Below, piece after piece: positions 9,572 through 18,317 of a stretch of DNA of 24,000 bases. The notes under the pieces are model-generated. The model was not told the DNA's origin. It made no database searches and saw only the letters and a program-made list of their open reading frames with translations. Within the stretch, counting starts at the first letter, position 1. Each line of letters begins with the position of its first letter. The stretch lies in contig CALVZK010000001.1 in NCBI GenBank assembly GCA_944372505.1, positions 22,555 to 46,554 of the forward strand, read 5' to 3'. The translations under genes were made by a program, and so were the position numbers. The DNA is from an uncultured Clostridia bacterium. GTDB taxonomy: Bacteria; Bacillota; Clostridia; Christensenellales; UBA1242.

Positions 9572-10082
9572 ATTCAAGGCACTATACGAAAAAATAAAGA
9601 AAGTAAAACATATACAAATTTATATTGCCATTGGACTTGCCGTGATTATTGCTCTCATATATTTTTCAACAGTATTCAATAAGCCTAAAGAATCCTCCTC
9701 TACAAAAGATGACAATATTTCTAAAGAATTTTCTTCTTCTTTGGAATATGTAGACTATCTTGAGAATAAACTTGAAAATGTATTAACTAAAGTTAAAGGG
9801 GCAGGAGATGTAGAAGTAATAATTACTTTAGAAAAAGGCTTTGAATATGTCTATGTTACAGAAGAAGAAACACGTACAACCTCTAATGGAACAACAGTTA
9901 CTACCTCAACAGTCGTTTTAGTAGATGGACAACCTGTACTTGAAGAAGAAATCTATCCAATCATTAGCGGACTTGTAGTTGTGGCTAGTGGCGCCGATAA
10001 TATTAACGTAAAAATGAATATTTTAAGCGTTATTCAAACTGTGATAGATATTGATAACTCAAAGATTAATATTTTAAGTTAA
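9561..10082 (+). CDS. spoIIIAG: Stage III sporulation protein AG
   Basis: 173 aa with a single N-terminal TM and YLENKLENVLTKVKGAGDVEVIITLEKG. 11-nt overlap with spoIIIAF. Confidence 0.93.
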   Translation: MTDKFKALYEKIKKVKHIQIYIAIGLAVIIALIYFSTVFNKPKESSSTKDDNISKEFSSSLEYVDYLENKLENVLTKVKGAGDVEVIITLEKGFEYVYVTEEETRTTSNGTTVTTSTVVLVDGQPVLEEEIYPIISGLVVVASGADNINVKMNILSVIQTVIDIDNSKINILS

Positions 10083-10089
10083 AAAAGGA

Positions 10090-10566
10090 GTGAATATGAA
10101 AAAGAGAACTAAAATAATTATTATTGCTGTAATGGTACTTCTTTTAGGAGTTACCGGATACTTAAATGTCATGCTTAATAAATCTGTTTCAAATAATAAC
10201 AATGATACTGTTACTACTTCTAGTTATTTTCAAACTTATAGAACAGATAGAGAATCAACACGTGATCAAGAGATGTTATATTATGATGCAATTATAGCAA
10301 GCGAAACTTCTTCACAAGAAGCTATTACTAATGCTGAAAATGCTAAACTTGCTTTAATCGATCAAATGGAACAGGAATTAATTGTAGAAGGTCTTATTAA
10401 ATCTAAAGGCTTTGAAGATTGTGTTATTACAATTTCTGATTCTAATATTAATGCAGTAGTTAAAGCTGCAGAACTTACTTCTAGCGAAGTTGCTCAAATA
10501 GTTTCTGTAATACAATCTCAACTTTCTGTAGGCATTGAAAATATAAAAATTATTCCAGTAGAATAA
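10090..10566 (+). CDS. spoIIIAH: Stage III sporulation protein AH
   Basis: 158 aa with N-terminal TM; SSYFQTYRTDRESTRDQEMLYYDAII is typical SpoIIIAH. Confidence 0.94.
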   Translation: MNMKKRTKIIIIAVMVLLLGVTGYLNVMLNKSVSNNNNDTVTTSSYFQTYRTDRESTRDQEMLYYDAIIASETSSQEAITNAENAKLALIDQMEQELIVEGLIKSKGFEDCVITISDSNINAVVKAAELTSSEVAQIVSVIQSQLSVGIENIKIIPVE

Positions 10567-10596
10567 TTGCAATATTTTACAATAATATGTTATAAT
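10567..10596 (+). promoter_or_regulatory. Putative sigma-A promoter of the asp23-nusB-xseA-proS-xseB unit
   Basis: TTGCAA (10567-10572), 18-nt spacer, TATAAT (10591-10596) with extended -10 TG at 10588-10589. Confidence 0.6.
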
Positions 10597-10616
10597 ACAA
10601 AAGATAGAGGTGTAAG

Positions 10617-10979
10617 ATGACTAAAACGAAGAAAAAGTTGCCTAGTAAAGGAAAAGTTGAAATTGATAGAGATATACTTCTTTCCATTATCAACTTGGCT
10701 ACTAAAGAAATTAATGGAGTCCATTCTTTAACCAATGATTATCTTCCTTTATATAAAAAAATGGTTAAGCCTAAAACGGAAGGTGTTAGTATAAAATTTG
10801 ATATTAATGGAAATTTAACTGTTGATGTTTACATTAAAGTTTACATTGGGTATAGTGTTCCAGATATTGCCTACAGAGTGCAAGAAAATATCAAAAACTC
10901 GCTATCTTCAATGGTTGGGCTTAACCCAGGTAAAATCAATGTTCATGTTTATGGCGTTGAATGTGATGAGGAAGTTTAA
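10617..10979 (+). CDS. Asp23/Gls24 family envelope stress response protein
   Basis: 120 aa, KGKVEIDRDILLSIINLATKEINGVHSL...VDVYIKVYIGYSVPDIAYRVQENIKNSLSSMVGL. Often located upstream of nusB in Firmicutes. Confidence 0.92.
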   Translation: MTKTKKKLPSKGKVEIDRDILLSIINLATKEINGVHSLTNDYLPLYKKMVKPKTEGVSIKFDINGNLTVDVYIKVYIGYSVPDIAYRVQENIKNSLSSMVGLNPGKINVHVYGVECDEEV

Positions 10980-10980
10980 C

Positions 10981-11367
10981 ATGAGAAATGATGCAAGACA
11001 ACTTGCTTTCCAACTTATTTATGAAAGACTTTTCGTTAAACAATATTTTGACGAAGAGTTTTTTGCTATTTTAAGTAAAGAAGAAGACAAACAATTTTCA
11101 TCTGAAATAATTTCATTTTATGAAAAAAACAAAGAACAACTGAAAGAAATAGTATCAAAACATTTAATAGGTTATGAAATTGACAGAGTTTACAAAGTTG
11201 ATTTAGCATTAATCTATGAGGCATTAACCGAAATTTTATATTTAAAAACACCAAAACAGGTAGCTATAAACGAAGTTATTAACTTGGCTAAAAAATTTTC
11301 CACAGAAAAAAGTAGTAAATTTATAAATGGAGTTTTATCTTCTATTATAAGAGACTTAGAAATATAA
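10981..11367 (+). CDS. nusB: Transcription antitermination factor NusB
   Basis: MRNDARQLAFQLIYERLF...VNLAKKFSTEKSSKFINGVLSSI. The track start at 10822 lies inside asp23; ATG 10981 begins the NusB homology 1 nt after the asp23 stop. Confidence 0.95.
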   Translation: MRNDARQLAFQLIYERLFVKQYFDEEFFAILSKEEDKQFSSEIISFYEKNKEQLKEIVSKHLIGYEIDRVYKVDLALIYEALTEILYLKTPKQVAINEVINLAKKFSTEKSSKFINGVLSSIIRDLEI

Positions 11368-11369
11368 AA

Positions 11370-12551
11370 ATGAAACAAGCAATAAGCGTAACAAAATTTA
11401 ATAATTATATTAAACAGATTTTTGATAGTGAAGAACTTCTACATAACATTTCTATAGTAGGAGAAGTTTTTGGTGTTAGTATATCGAGAAATGTCATATA
11501 TTTTTCTTTAAAAGACGATACATCTTCATTGGCATGCGTTTGTTTCTATCCTAATCTAATAAATCAATTACAAGAAGGTAATAAAGTAATAATAACTGGT
11601 TCTCCCAATTATTACACAAAAGCAGGCAAATTAAACTTTAATGTAAATCAAGTTGAAAAAACTGGACAAGGGGAATTATATGAAAATTTCTTAAAATTAA
11701 AACAAAAACTTGAAGAAGAAGGACTTTTTGATAACAACAAAAAGAAACCATTCCCTAAAGAAATAAAAAGAATAGGTGTAATCACATCTAGGGAAGGAGC
11801 AGTAATACAAGACATAAAAAATGTTACATGGAGAAGAAATCCATCAATAGACATAGTACTATATAATACTAAAGTACAAGGTAATTTAGCAGACAAAGAA
11901 ATTGCTAAAGGTATAGAAATTATGGGCAAGTATGATAAAATAGATGTAATTGTCGTTGCTAGAGGAGGAGGCTCATTGGAGGATTTATCCGCTTATAATA
12001 CAGAATTAGTCGCTCGAGCAGCATTTGATTGTCCCAAATTTCTAGTTTCTGCTGTAGGACATGAAACTGATTACACTATAATAGATTTTGTAAGTGATTT
12101 TCGAGCACCCACGCCTTCTGCAGCCGCCGAAATATTAACAAAAGATTTAAATCAAACAAAATTTAATTTTAATATTGTTATAAACAATTTAATAAAAGCT
12201 TATTCTAATTTTATTAAAAATAAAAAAAATATATTAAGAACAAATTCTTCAAAATTATTGACTTTAACAGATAAAAATATTTTAACTGCACAAGCAAAAT
12301 TAATAAATAATTCTAATCTTTTTGTAAATACATTTGAAAGATTTTTAAATTGTAAATATTATGATTTAGGTTTAAATGAAGTAAAATTAAATAAAAATAA
12401 TCCAGTTGAAATTTTAAACAGAGGATTTGCTAAAATTGAACAAAATAAAGAAAGTATTAAATCAATTAAAAACATTGATTTTAATAAAGAATTAAGTATA
12501 ATCTTTAAAGATGGAAATATTACAGCTAAACCTATAAAAAAGGAGAAATAA
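11370..12551 (+). CDS. xseA: Exodeoxyribonuclease VII large subunit
   Basis: N-terminal OB fold, then RIGVITSREGAVIQDI, VARGGGSLEDLSAYNTELVARAAF and VSAVGHETDYTIIDFVSDFRAPTPSAAAE. Confidence 0.97.
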   Translation: MKQAISVTKFNNYIKQIFDSEELLHNISIVGEVFGVSISRNVIYFSLKDDTSSLACVCFYPNLINQLQEGNKVIITGSPNYYTKAGKLNFNVNQVEKTGQGELYENFLKLKQKLEEEGLFDNNKKKPFPKEIKRIGVITSREGAVIQDIKNVTWRRNPSIDIVLYNTKVQGNLADKEIAKGIEIMGKYDKIDVIVVARGGGSLEDLSAYNTELVARAAFDCPKFLVSAVGHETDYTIIDFVSDFRAPTPSAAAEILTKDLNQTKFNFNIVINNLIKAYSNFIKNKKNILRTNSSKLLTLTDKNILTAQAKLINNSNLFVNTFERFLNCKYYDLGLNEVKLNKNNPVEILNRGFAKIEQNKESIKSIKNIDFNKELSIIFKDGNITAKPIKKEK

Positions 12552-12554
12552 AAA

Positions 12555-14270
12555 ATGAGAATTACAAAATTAGTAGGCGAAAGATTAAAAGATACTCCAA
12601 ATGGTATTGTTTCAAAAAGTCATAATTTATTATTGCGTGCCGGTTATATAAAACAAGTAAGTAATGGAATTTATACTTTAATGCCTGCTGCTCAAAAAGT
12701 TAGTTTAAAAATCATTAATATAATTAGAGACGAAATGAATAAAATAGGCGGACAAGAAGTTCTTATGCCAATTGTTATGCCTAAAGAACTTTGGGAAAAA
12801 AGTGGTCGTTATAACTCAATTGGTACAGAAATGGTTAGATTTAAAGATAGAAATAATCATGATATGCTTTTGGGTATGACTCATGAAGAAGCAGCAGTTC
12901 ATCTTTGTCAAAATACCATAAAAAGTTATGACCAACTTCCTTTCATGATCTATCAAATACAGACCAAATTTAGAGATGAAGCTAGACCTAGAGCAGGGTT
13001 GTTAAGAGTCAGAGAATTTACTATGAAAGACGCATATTCTTTTCATATAAATCAAGATGATTTAGAAAATTATTATCAAGTTGTATACAAATCATACTTA
13101 AATATTTTTAGAAGAATGGGAATGAAAAATTGCATTGCTGTATCTTCTGATAGTGGAATGATGGGAGGTAAAAAGGCAGACGAATTTCAACTTCTTGTAG
13201 ATGCTGGGGAAGATAATATTGTTATATGTCCAAATTGTGGATATAAGGCAAATATGGAAATAGCGCTTTCTCAATATGATAATGTTAATTTTGAAGATAA
13301 AAAATTAGAAGAAATATATACTGGAAAAGCAAAAAGTATAGATGAAGTTTGCAACTTTTTAAAAGTTAGCCCTAAACAAACGATTAAAGCCGTTTGCTAT
13401 GCTATTGAAGGAGATTCCAACTCTATTGTCATAGCATTCATAAGAGGGGATAAAGAAATTAATGAGGCAAAATTAAAAAATATATTAAAAAAAGAAATTG
13501 TTGTCAAAGATTTAAGTGATACAAATTTAGTTAAAGGAAATATAGGTCCAATATCTCTAAATATAAATGGCTTGACAACAATATTTGATAAATCTTTAGA
13601 AGGATTGTGTGGACTTGTTTGTGGAGCAAATAAAGACGAATACCATTTAATTAATGTTAATGTCACGAGAGATATAAGTCCTAAGGAATTTTTTGATATA
13701 GCAAAAGTTTGTGACGGAGAAAAATGTATAAGATGTGGACATACCTTAGAAATAAAAAAAGGAATAGAGGTAGGAAATATTTTTCAATTAGGAACAAAAT
13801 ATTCAAAGAGCATGGCTATGACTGTTCAAGATGCAAACGGAAATCAAATCAATCCTATAATGGGTTGTTATGGTATAGGAGTTGGAAGATGTTTAGCAGG
13901 AATAGTTGAGGAAAATTCAGACGACAAAGGTATAATATGGCCTATAAACATAGCTCCTTGGGAAATCTATTTATGTCCTTTAAGGATAGATGAAGAAAAT
14001 GTCTATAAAGAATCTGAAAATTTATATAAAAAATTATCTTCTAATTTTGAAGTTCTTTATGATGATAGGAATGTTTCTGCGGGAATAAAATTTAATGAAA
14101 GTGAATTAATGGGAATACCTATTAGATTGGTAATAAGCCCAAAAAGTCTTAAATTATCTCACGCAGAAATTTCAATAAGAAAAACAGGTGAAAAATTATT
14201 TGTTGAATTAGATAATTTAGAAATCAAATTAAAAGAAATTATAGAAAATTTAAGGAGTAAAAATGAATAA
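12555..14270 (+). CDS. proS: Prolyl-tRNA synthetase, bacterial type with YbaK-like editing insertion
   Basis: 571 aa, GIYTLMPAAQKVSLKIINIIRDEM, TKFRDEARPRAGLLRVREFTMKDAYSFH (motif 2), and CYGIGVGRCLAGIVEE (motif 3 region). Editing insert includes IAFIRGDKEINEAKL and GNIGPIS. Confidence 0.97.
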   Translation: MRITKLVGERLKDTPNGIVSKSHNLLLRAGYIKQVSNGIYTLMPAAQKVSLKIINIIRDEMNKIGGQEVLMPIVMPKELWEKSGRYNSIGTEMVRFKDRNNHDMLLGMTHEEAAVHLCQNTIKSYDQLPFMIYQIQTKFRDEARPRAGLLRVREFTMKDAYSFHINQDDLENYYQVVYKSYLNIFRRMGMKNCIAVSSDSGMMGGKKADEFQLLVDAGEDNIVICPNCGYKANMEIALSQYDNVNFEDKKLEEIYTGKAKSIDEVCNFLKVSPKQTIKAVCYAIEGDSNSIVIAFIRGDKEINEAKLKNILKKEIVVKDLSDTNLVKGNIGPISLNINGLTTIFDKSLEGLCGLVCGANKDEYHLINVNVTRDISPKEFFDIAKVCDGEKCIRCGHTLEIKKGIEVGNIFQLGTKYSKSMAMTVQDANGNQINPIMGCYGIGVGRCLAGIVEENSDDKGIIWPINIAPWEIYLCPLRIDEENVYKESENLYKKLSSNFEVLYDDRNVSAGIKFNESELMGIPIRLVISPKSLKLSHAEISIRKTGEKLFVELDNLEIKLKEIIENLRSKNE

Positions 14271-14478
14271 CATATCTTATGAAGAGGCAACTGATAAACT
14301 TGATAATATAATAAACAAAATAGAAAGCGGAAATATATCTATGGATGAAGCTTTAAAAGAATTAGATGAGGGGCTAAAATTAATTAAATATTGTTATACA
14401 AAACTTGATCAAGCAAAGGGTAAACTAACAGAAATAAAAATAACATTGAATGGTTTAGAGGAAACACAAGAAGATTAA
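14263..14478 (+). CDS. xseB: Exodeoxyribonuclease VII small subunit
   Basis: 71 aa, SYEEATDKLDNIINKIESGNISMDEALKELDEGLKLIKYCYTKLDQAKGKL. 8-nt overlap with proS. Confidence 0.95.
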   Translation: MNNISYEEATDKLDNIINKIESGNISMDEALKELDEGLKLIKYCYTKLDQAKGKLTEIKITLNGLEETQED

Positions 14479-14514
14479 TACATATTTATAATTAATAAAT
14501 CATAAATTAATCAT

Positions 14515-15075
14515 GTGAAAAGATATTATAAAATAGAAATACAAAACTATTCCAGAGCAAAAAAAATAATATGGGCAATTAAAATGTTTTTTATTGCAAT
14601 ATCTTTATCGTTATTCTTCGGATTTATAAGTCAAACATTATTATCTAGCATGGGAATAATAGTAGCATCAATAGGTATAACCATTTTTATATTTTTTTCT
14701 GTATTATTTGATATGATTGGTATAGCTACCACAAGTGCGGATATTGAAATATTTAAAAAATGGATTAAAGAAAATAAAAAAGGAGCTAGCACTGGATACA
14801 TTTTATGTAAACACTCTGAAAAAGTTTGTTCATTTTGTGCAGATGTTATAGGAGATATATGCAGTACATTATGTGGAGCAGGCGGTGCATGCATTGTAGT
14901 AACATTAACTCAAAATTTATACAACAATCATTTAATAATTTTAATTTCAATCAGTGTATCAGCATTAATAGCAGGAATAACAATATTCTTTAAGGCACTA
15001 ATGAAAGAATATGCTTTGAAAAATAACAATAAAATAATATTAAAAATAGGAAAAATATTAGAAAGATTTAATTAA
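14515..15075 (+). CDS. Uncharacterised integral membrane protein, 186 aa, GTG start
   Basis: Complete ORF starting GTG AAA AGA (14515). Several hydrophobic segments, plus FDMIGIATTSADIEIFKKWIKENKKGA and CSFCADVIGDICSTLCGAGGACIVV. No clear Shine-Dalgarno. Confidence 0.8.
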   Translation: MKRYYKIEIQNYSRAKKIIWAIKMFFIAISLSLFFGFISQTLLSSMGIIVASIGITIFIFFSVLFDMIGIATTSADIEIFKKWIKENKKGASTGYILCKHSEKVCSFCADVIGDICSTLCGAGGACIVVTLTQNLYNNHLIILISISVSALIAGITIFFKALMKEYALKNNNKIILKIGKILERFN

Positions 15076-15089
15076 AATGAAAAAAAACG

Positions 15090-15118
15090 TTGACAATGAC
15101 GAATCATTATGATAAAAT
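15090..15118 (+). promoter_or_regulatory. Strong sigma-A-type promoter for infC-rpmI-rplT
   Basis: TTGACA (15090-15095), N17, TAAAAT (15113-15118) with TG at 15110-15111. Predicted +1 about 15125. Confidence 0.75.
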
Positions 15119-15124
15119 AGTCGC

Positions 15125-15253
15125 ATGAAAGTAGAAGTTCCACTTCTCACCAGTTGGCAATTATGGCTTAACTAGGTAAAAAACTTAAATATAAAAAACT
15201 TTTATTATGTATTTAGTTTTGGTGGAATTTTATGCTTCCACCAAATTTTTATT
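15125..15253 (+). promoter_or_regulatory. infC operon leader, candidate L20-leader-like transcription attenuator
   Basis: Small hairpin AGAAGT/ACTTCT (15133-15147) followed by a 10-bp terminator-like hairpin TTTGGTGGAA (15218-15227)/TTCCACCAAA (15236-15245) and TTTTTATT. An upstream TTCCAC (15138-15143) can pair with GTGGAA (15222-15227) and disrupt the terminator. Confidence 0.65.
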
Positions 15254-15270
15254 AAAAGGGGATTATAACA

Positions 15271-15786
15271 ATTTTTAAGGAACTTTTAACAAACGAACAA
15301 ATAATAGCAAAAGAAGTTCGTTTAATTGGAGAAAATGGAGAGCAATTAGGATTGCTTTCAAGAACTGAAGCGCTCAATATTGCTGAAGAGCGTGGATATG
15401 ATTTAGTGCTAATGTCTGCAACTTCAAACCCACCAGTATGCAAACTTTTAAATTATGGCAAGTTCAAATATGAAGCATTAAAAAAAGAAAAAGAGATGAA
15501 AAAATCTCAAAAAATAATAGAAACAAAAGAGGTGCGTTTATCAATGACTATAGAAGAACATGATATCGCATATCGTGTTTCAAGTGCAACAAAATTCTTA
15601 AAAGAAGGAAATAAAGTTAAAGTTACTCTAAAAATGAAAGGAAGAGAGCAAGCATATGTAAAAAAAGCCATAGAAATTGTAAAAGAATTCTGTTCTAGAG
15701 TTAGTGAATATGGATTAACGGAAAAAGAACCTGAACTTTTAGGAAGAAACATTTTTGTTGTTATAAGCCCAAAAAAGTCAAAATAA
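15271..15786 (+). CDS. infC: Translation initiation factor IF-3, probable ATT start codon
   Basis: The track begins at ATG 15352, but the frame is open upstream and encodes (M)FKELLTNEQIIAKEVRLIGENGEQLGLLSRTEAL, the conserved IF3 N-terminus. ATT at 15271 is preceded by AAAAGGGGA at about 8 nt. Confidence 0.93.
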   Translation: MFKELLTNEQIIAKEVRLIGENGEQLGLLSRTEALNIAEERGYDLVLMSATSNPPVCKLLNYGKFKYEALKKEKEMKKSQKIIETKEVRLSMTIEEHDIAYRVSSATKFLKEGNKVKVTLKMKGREQAYVKKAIEIVKEFCSRVSEYGLTEKEPELLGRNIFVVISPKKSK

Positions 15787-15799
15787 AAGGAGAAAAATT

Positions 15800-15994
15800 A
15801 TGCCAAAACAAAAAACACATAGTGGATGCAAAAAGCGTTTTCATTTAACTGCAAGTGGGCAAGTAAAATTTGCAAGACCCGGTAAAGGTCATTTTCTTGC
15901 AAAAAAATCTAAATCAATTAAAAGAAAATTAAGAAAGGGCTCTTACATTAAAGGTCAAAATACAGAAAATATTAAGACCCTTTTGGCTAAATAA
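15800..15994 (+). CDS. rpmI: 50S ribosomal protein L35 (bL35)
   Basis: 64 aa, [46 protein letters not shown]. Confidence 0.97.
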   Translation: MPKQKTHSGCKKRFHLTASGQVKFARPGKGHFLAKKSKSIKRKLRKGSYIKGQNTENIKTLLAK

Positions 15995-16005
15995 GGAGGA
16001 ATGAG

Positions 16006-16347
16006 ATGAGAATTAAAAGATCAGTAAATGCATTAAAAAAACGCCGTTCTATTCTTAAAAGTGCTAAAGGATATAGAGGAGCCAAATCTAAATTATATAG
16101 AACAGCAAAACAGCAAGTAATGAGAAGCGGGCAATATGCTTATATTGGAAGAAAATTAAAGAAAAGAAACTTTAGAGCACTTTGGATAACAAGAATAAAT
16201 GCTGGATGTAGACAAAACGGAATATCTTATTCAAGATTTATTTCTGGATTAAAAAATAAGGGAATTGAACTTAATAGAAAAGTTCTTGCTGATATGGCAG
16301 TTAGAGAGCCTGAAGCTTTTGCTGCTTTGGTAGGTCAAGTTAAATAA
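16006..16347 (+). CDS. rplT: 50S ribosomal protein L20 (bL20)
   Basis: 113 aa, [69 protein letters not shown]. Confidence 0.98.
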   Translation: MRIKRSVNALKKRRSILKSAKGYRGAKSKLYRTAKQQVMRSGQYAYIGRKLKKRNFRALWITRINAGCRQNGISYSRFISGLKNKGIELNRKVLADMAVREPEAFAALVGQVK

Positions 16348-17078
16348 TGCAGAAGGCAACTAATAATTTAATAAGAGAATTAAAAAAGCAAAAACGAGAA
16401 TCTTGTTCTTTGCTTTTTTTGGATAATATTAAAATTATAAAAGACGCATTAAAGCTAGGTTTAAACCCAAAATATATTTTAGTAGAAAGCAACAAAAAAG
16501 AATTGTTTCCAAATTATGACAATATAAAATATATAGTGGAAAATAAAATAATAAAACAATTATCAGATAGCACAACACCACAAGGAGTAGTTTGTATTAT
16601 AGAATACATACAAGATAAATTAATGAATCCAAAAACTAACTTTTTAGTTTTAGATAGTTTACAAGATCCCGGAAATGTTGGAGCATTAATCAGAACAGCT
16701 TGCGCCTGTGGTTTTAATGATATATATTTGATTGATAGTGTTAAAGTAAACAATTCAAAATTAATAAGAAGTAGTGCGGGAACGATTTTTTTATCAAACA
16801 TATATTCATGTACAAAAAAACAATTCATTGATTTAGTAAATACTAATAGTTTATATTTAATAAAAACAGATATGAAAGGAGAAAATATCTTCAATTTTAA
16901 TTTTAAAGTAGAAAAAATAGGATTAGTTATTGGTAACGAAGGTAATGGAGTAAGCAAAGATATCGAAAAAATTTGTAAACAAACAGTTTCTATACCTATG
17001 CTAAATAGTGTTGAAAGTTTAAATGCCTCTATTTCTGGTTCTATCATTATGTATGAAATAGCAAAATCTAAATTTTAA
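16347..17078 (+). CDS. SpoU/TrmH family RNA 2'-O-ribose methyltransferase
   Basis: NFLVLDSLQDPGNVGALIRTACACGF (motif 1), GLVIGNEGNGVSKDI (motif 2) and VSIPMLNSVESLNASISGSIIMYE (motif 3). Overlaps the rplT stop by 1 nt (TAATG). Confidence 0.93.
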   Translation: MQKATNNLIRELKKQKRESCSLLFLDNIKIIKDALKLGLNPKYILVESNKKELFPNYDNIKYIVENKIIKQLSDSTTPQGVVCIIEYIQDKLMNPKTNFLVLDSLQDPGNVGALIRTACACGFNDIYLIDSVKVNNSKLIRSSAGTIFLSNIYSCTKKQFIDLVNTNSLYLIKTDMKGENIFNFNFKVEKIGLVIGNEGNGVSKDIEKICKQTVSIPMLNSVESLNASISGSIIMYEIAKSKF

Positions 17079-17201
17079 TATTTTTTCAAATTATTTTGAA
17101 TTGGTATAAATATGTATTAAAATAATAAAGTATTGATTAATTAATTGATTTATTATTTTTCAATTAATTTAATTTGTTAATTTTTATATAGGAGGATAAT
17201 T

Positions 17202-17930
17202 ATGTCAGGACATTCTAAATGGCACAACATACAAGCACGAAAAGGGAAATCTGATGCTCAAAGAGGGAAAATATTTACCAAAATTGGAAGAGAAATAGCT
17301 GTTATCGTAAAAACTGGTGGTTCAGATCCAGTTTCAAATCCTAAATTAAGAGATGTTATAGCCAAAGCAAAGCAAAATAATATGCCAAACGATACTATCG
17401 AACGAAGTATAAAAAAAGCAGCAGGTGAAATGAATGGAGTTAACTATGAAACATGCACCTATGAAGGATATGGCACAGGTGGTTCTGCTGTAATAGTCGA
17501 ATGTCTTACCGACAATAAAAATCGTACAGCAGGAGATGTAAGACACGCATTTGATAAACATGGCGGTTCTTTAGGTTCTACAGGTTGTGTAAGTTACCTT
17601 TTCCAAAGAAAAGGAATTGTAGAAATTGAAAAAACTGAAAAAATAGATAGTGATGAATTAATGATGACAGCACTTGATTTAGGAGCAAAAGATATAAATG
17701 AATATGATGATGAATTCGAGATAATTACCGAAGCGAACGATCATTTAAAAGTAAGTGAAGGATTAAGCAATCTAGGATATAATGTAATAAACGCAGAAAC
17801 AACATTAGTTCCAGACAGTTATGTTGATTTAGATGAAGAAAAATTAGGAAAATTTTCTAAAATGATTGAAACTCTGGAAGATCTAGATGATGTTCAAGAA
17901 GTATATCACAATGTAAATGTCACAGAATAA
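17202..17930 (+). CDS. yebC: YebC/PmpR family protein
   Basis: [48 protein letters not shown]. Confidence 0.97.
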   Translation: MSGHSKWHNIQARKGKSDAQRGKIFTKIGREIAVIVKTGGSDPVSNPKLRDVIAKAKQNNMPNDTIERSIKKAAGEMNGVNYETCTYEGYGTGGSAVIVECLTDNKNRTAGDVRHAFDKHGGSLGSTGCVSYLFQRKGIVEIEKTEKIDSDELMMTALDLGAKDINEYDDEFEIITEANDHLKVSEGLSNLGYNVINAETTLVPDSYVDLDEEKLGKFSKMIETLEDLDDVQEVYHNVNVTE

Positions 17931-17937
17931 AAAAATA

Positions 17938-17968
17938 TTGACAAATCTCATTTTTATGATAATATAAT
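17938..17968 (+). promoter_or_regulatory. Putative promoter for the 106-aa ORF
   Basis: TTGACA (17938-17943) and TATAAT (17963-17968), with a long 19-nt spacer. Confidence 0.4.
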
Positions 17969-17984
17969 AAAAAGGAGAGTTTTT

Positions 17985-18305
17985 ATGAGTATGCAATGGT
18001 ATAGCGACTGGGAACGCGAAAAAGAAGAAAGAGAAGAGGAGTGGCTTGAAGAATTACAAAAAGAAAAAGAGAGAAAAGAAAAATTAGAAAAGATTAAAGA
18101 AGAAAATGAAGCAATGTTAAAATCCATTGAGCAATATGGATTACATGTATGCGAAAATGGTCAATATTCTTTTTTCCCACCAGAAGTAAAAACTAATAAA
18201 ACTAAAAAAAGAGAAATTACAAAGGAAGAATATGAAAATTTAGCATTTAAGCCTTATCCATATCCTATAGAAGATGAGGATGAGGATCCATTTATGCAAA
18301 AATAA
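17985..18305 (+). CDS. Hypothetical protein, 106 aa, charged/coiled-coil-like N-terminus
   Basis: Complete ORF with SD AAAAAGGAGAG, its own putative promoter and a strong terminator just downstream. Sequence MSMQWYSDWEREKEEREEEWLEELQKEKERKEKLEKIKEENEAML...; no family recognised. Confidence 0.8.
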   Translation: MSMQWYSDWEREKEEREEEWLEELQKEKERKEKLEKIKEENEAMLKSIEQYGLHVCENGQYSFFPPEVKTNKTKKREITKEEYENLAFKPYPYPIEDEDEDPFMQK

Positions 18306-18317
18306 TTTTTCTTTACT

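Noticed and set aside
10822-10980. Extended N-terminus of the nusB ORF in the track
   Set aside because: This region is the out-of-frame 3' part of the Asp23/Gls24 gene; NusB homology starts at MRNDARQLAFQ (10981).
13724-13909. + strand 61-aa ORF inside proS (also 13397..13666 on the minus strand)
   Set aside because: Alternative-frame ORFs within the conserved proS coding sequence; no SD or family support.
16514-17047. Long (177 aa) minus-strand ORF opposite the SpoU/TrmH methyltransferase
   Set aside because: The + strand has all SpoU motifs; the antisense translation has no recognisable domain despite its length.
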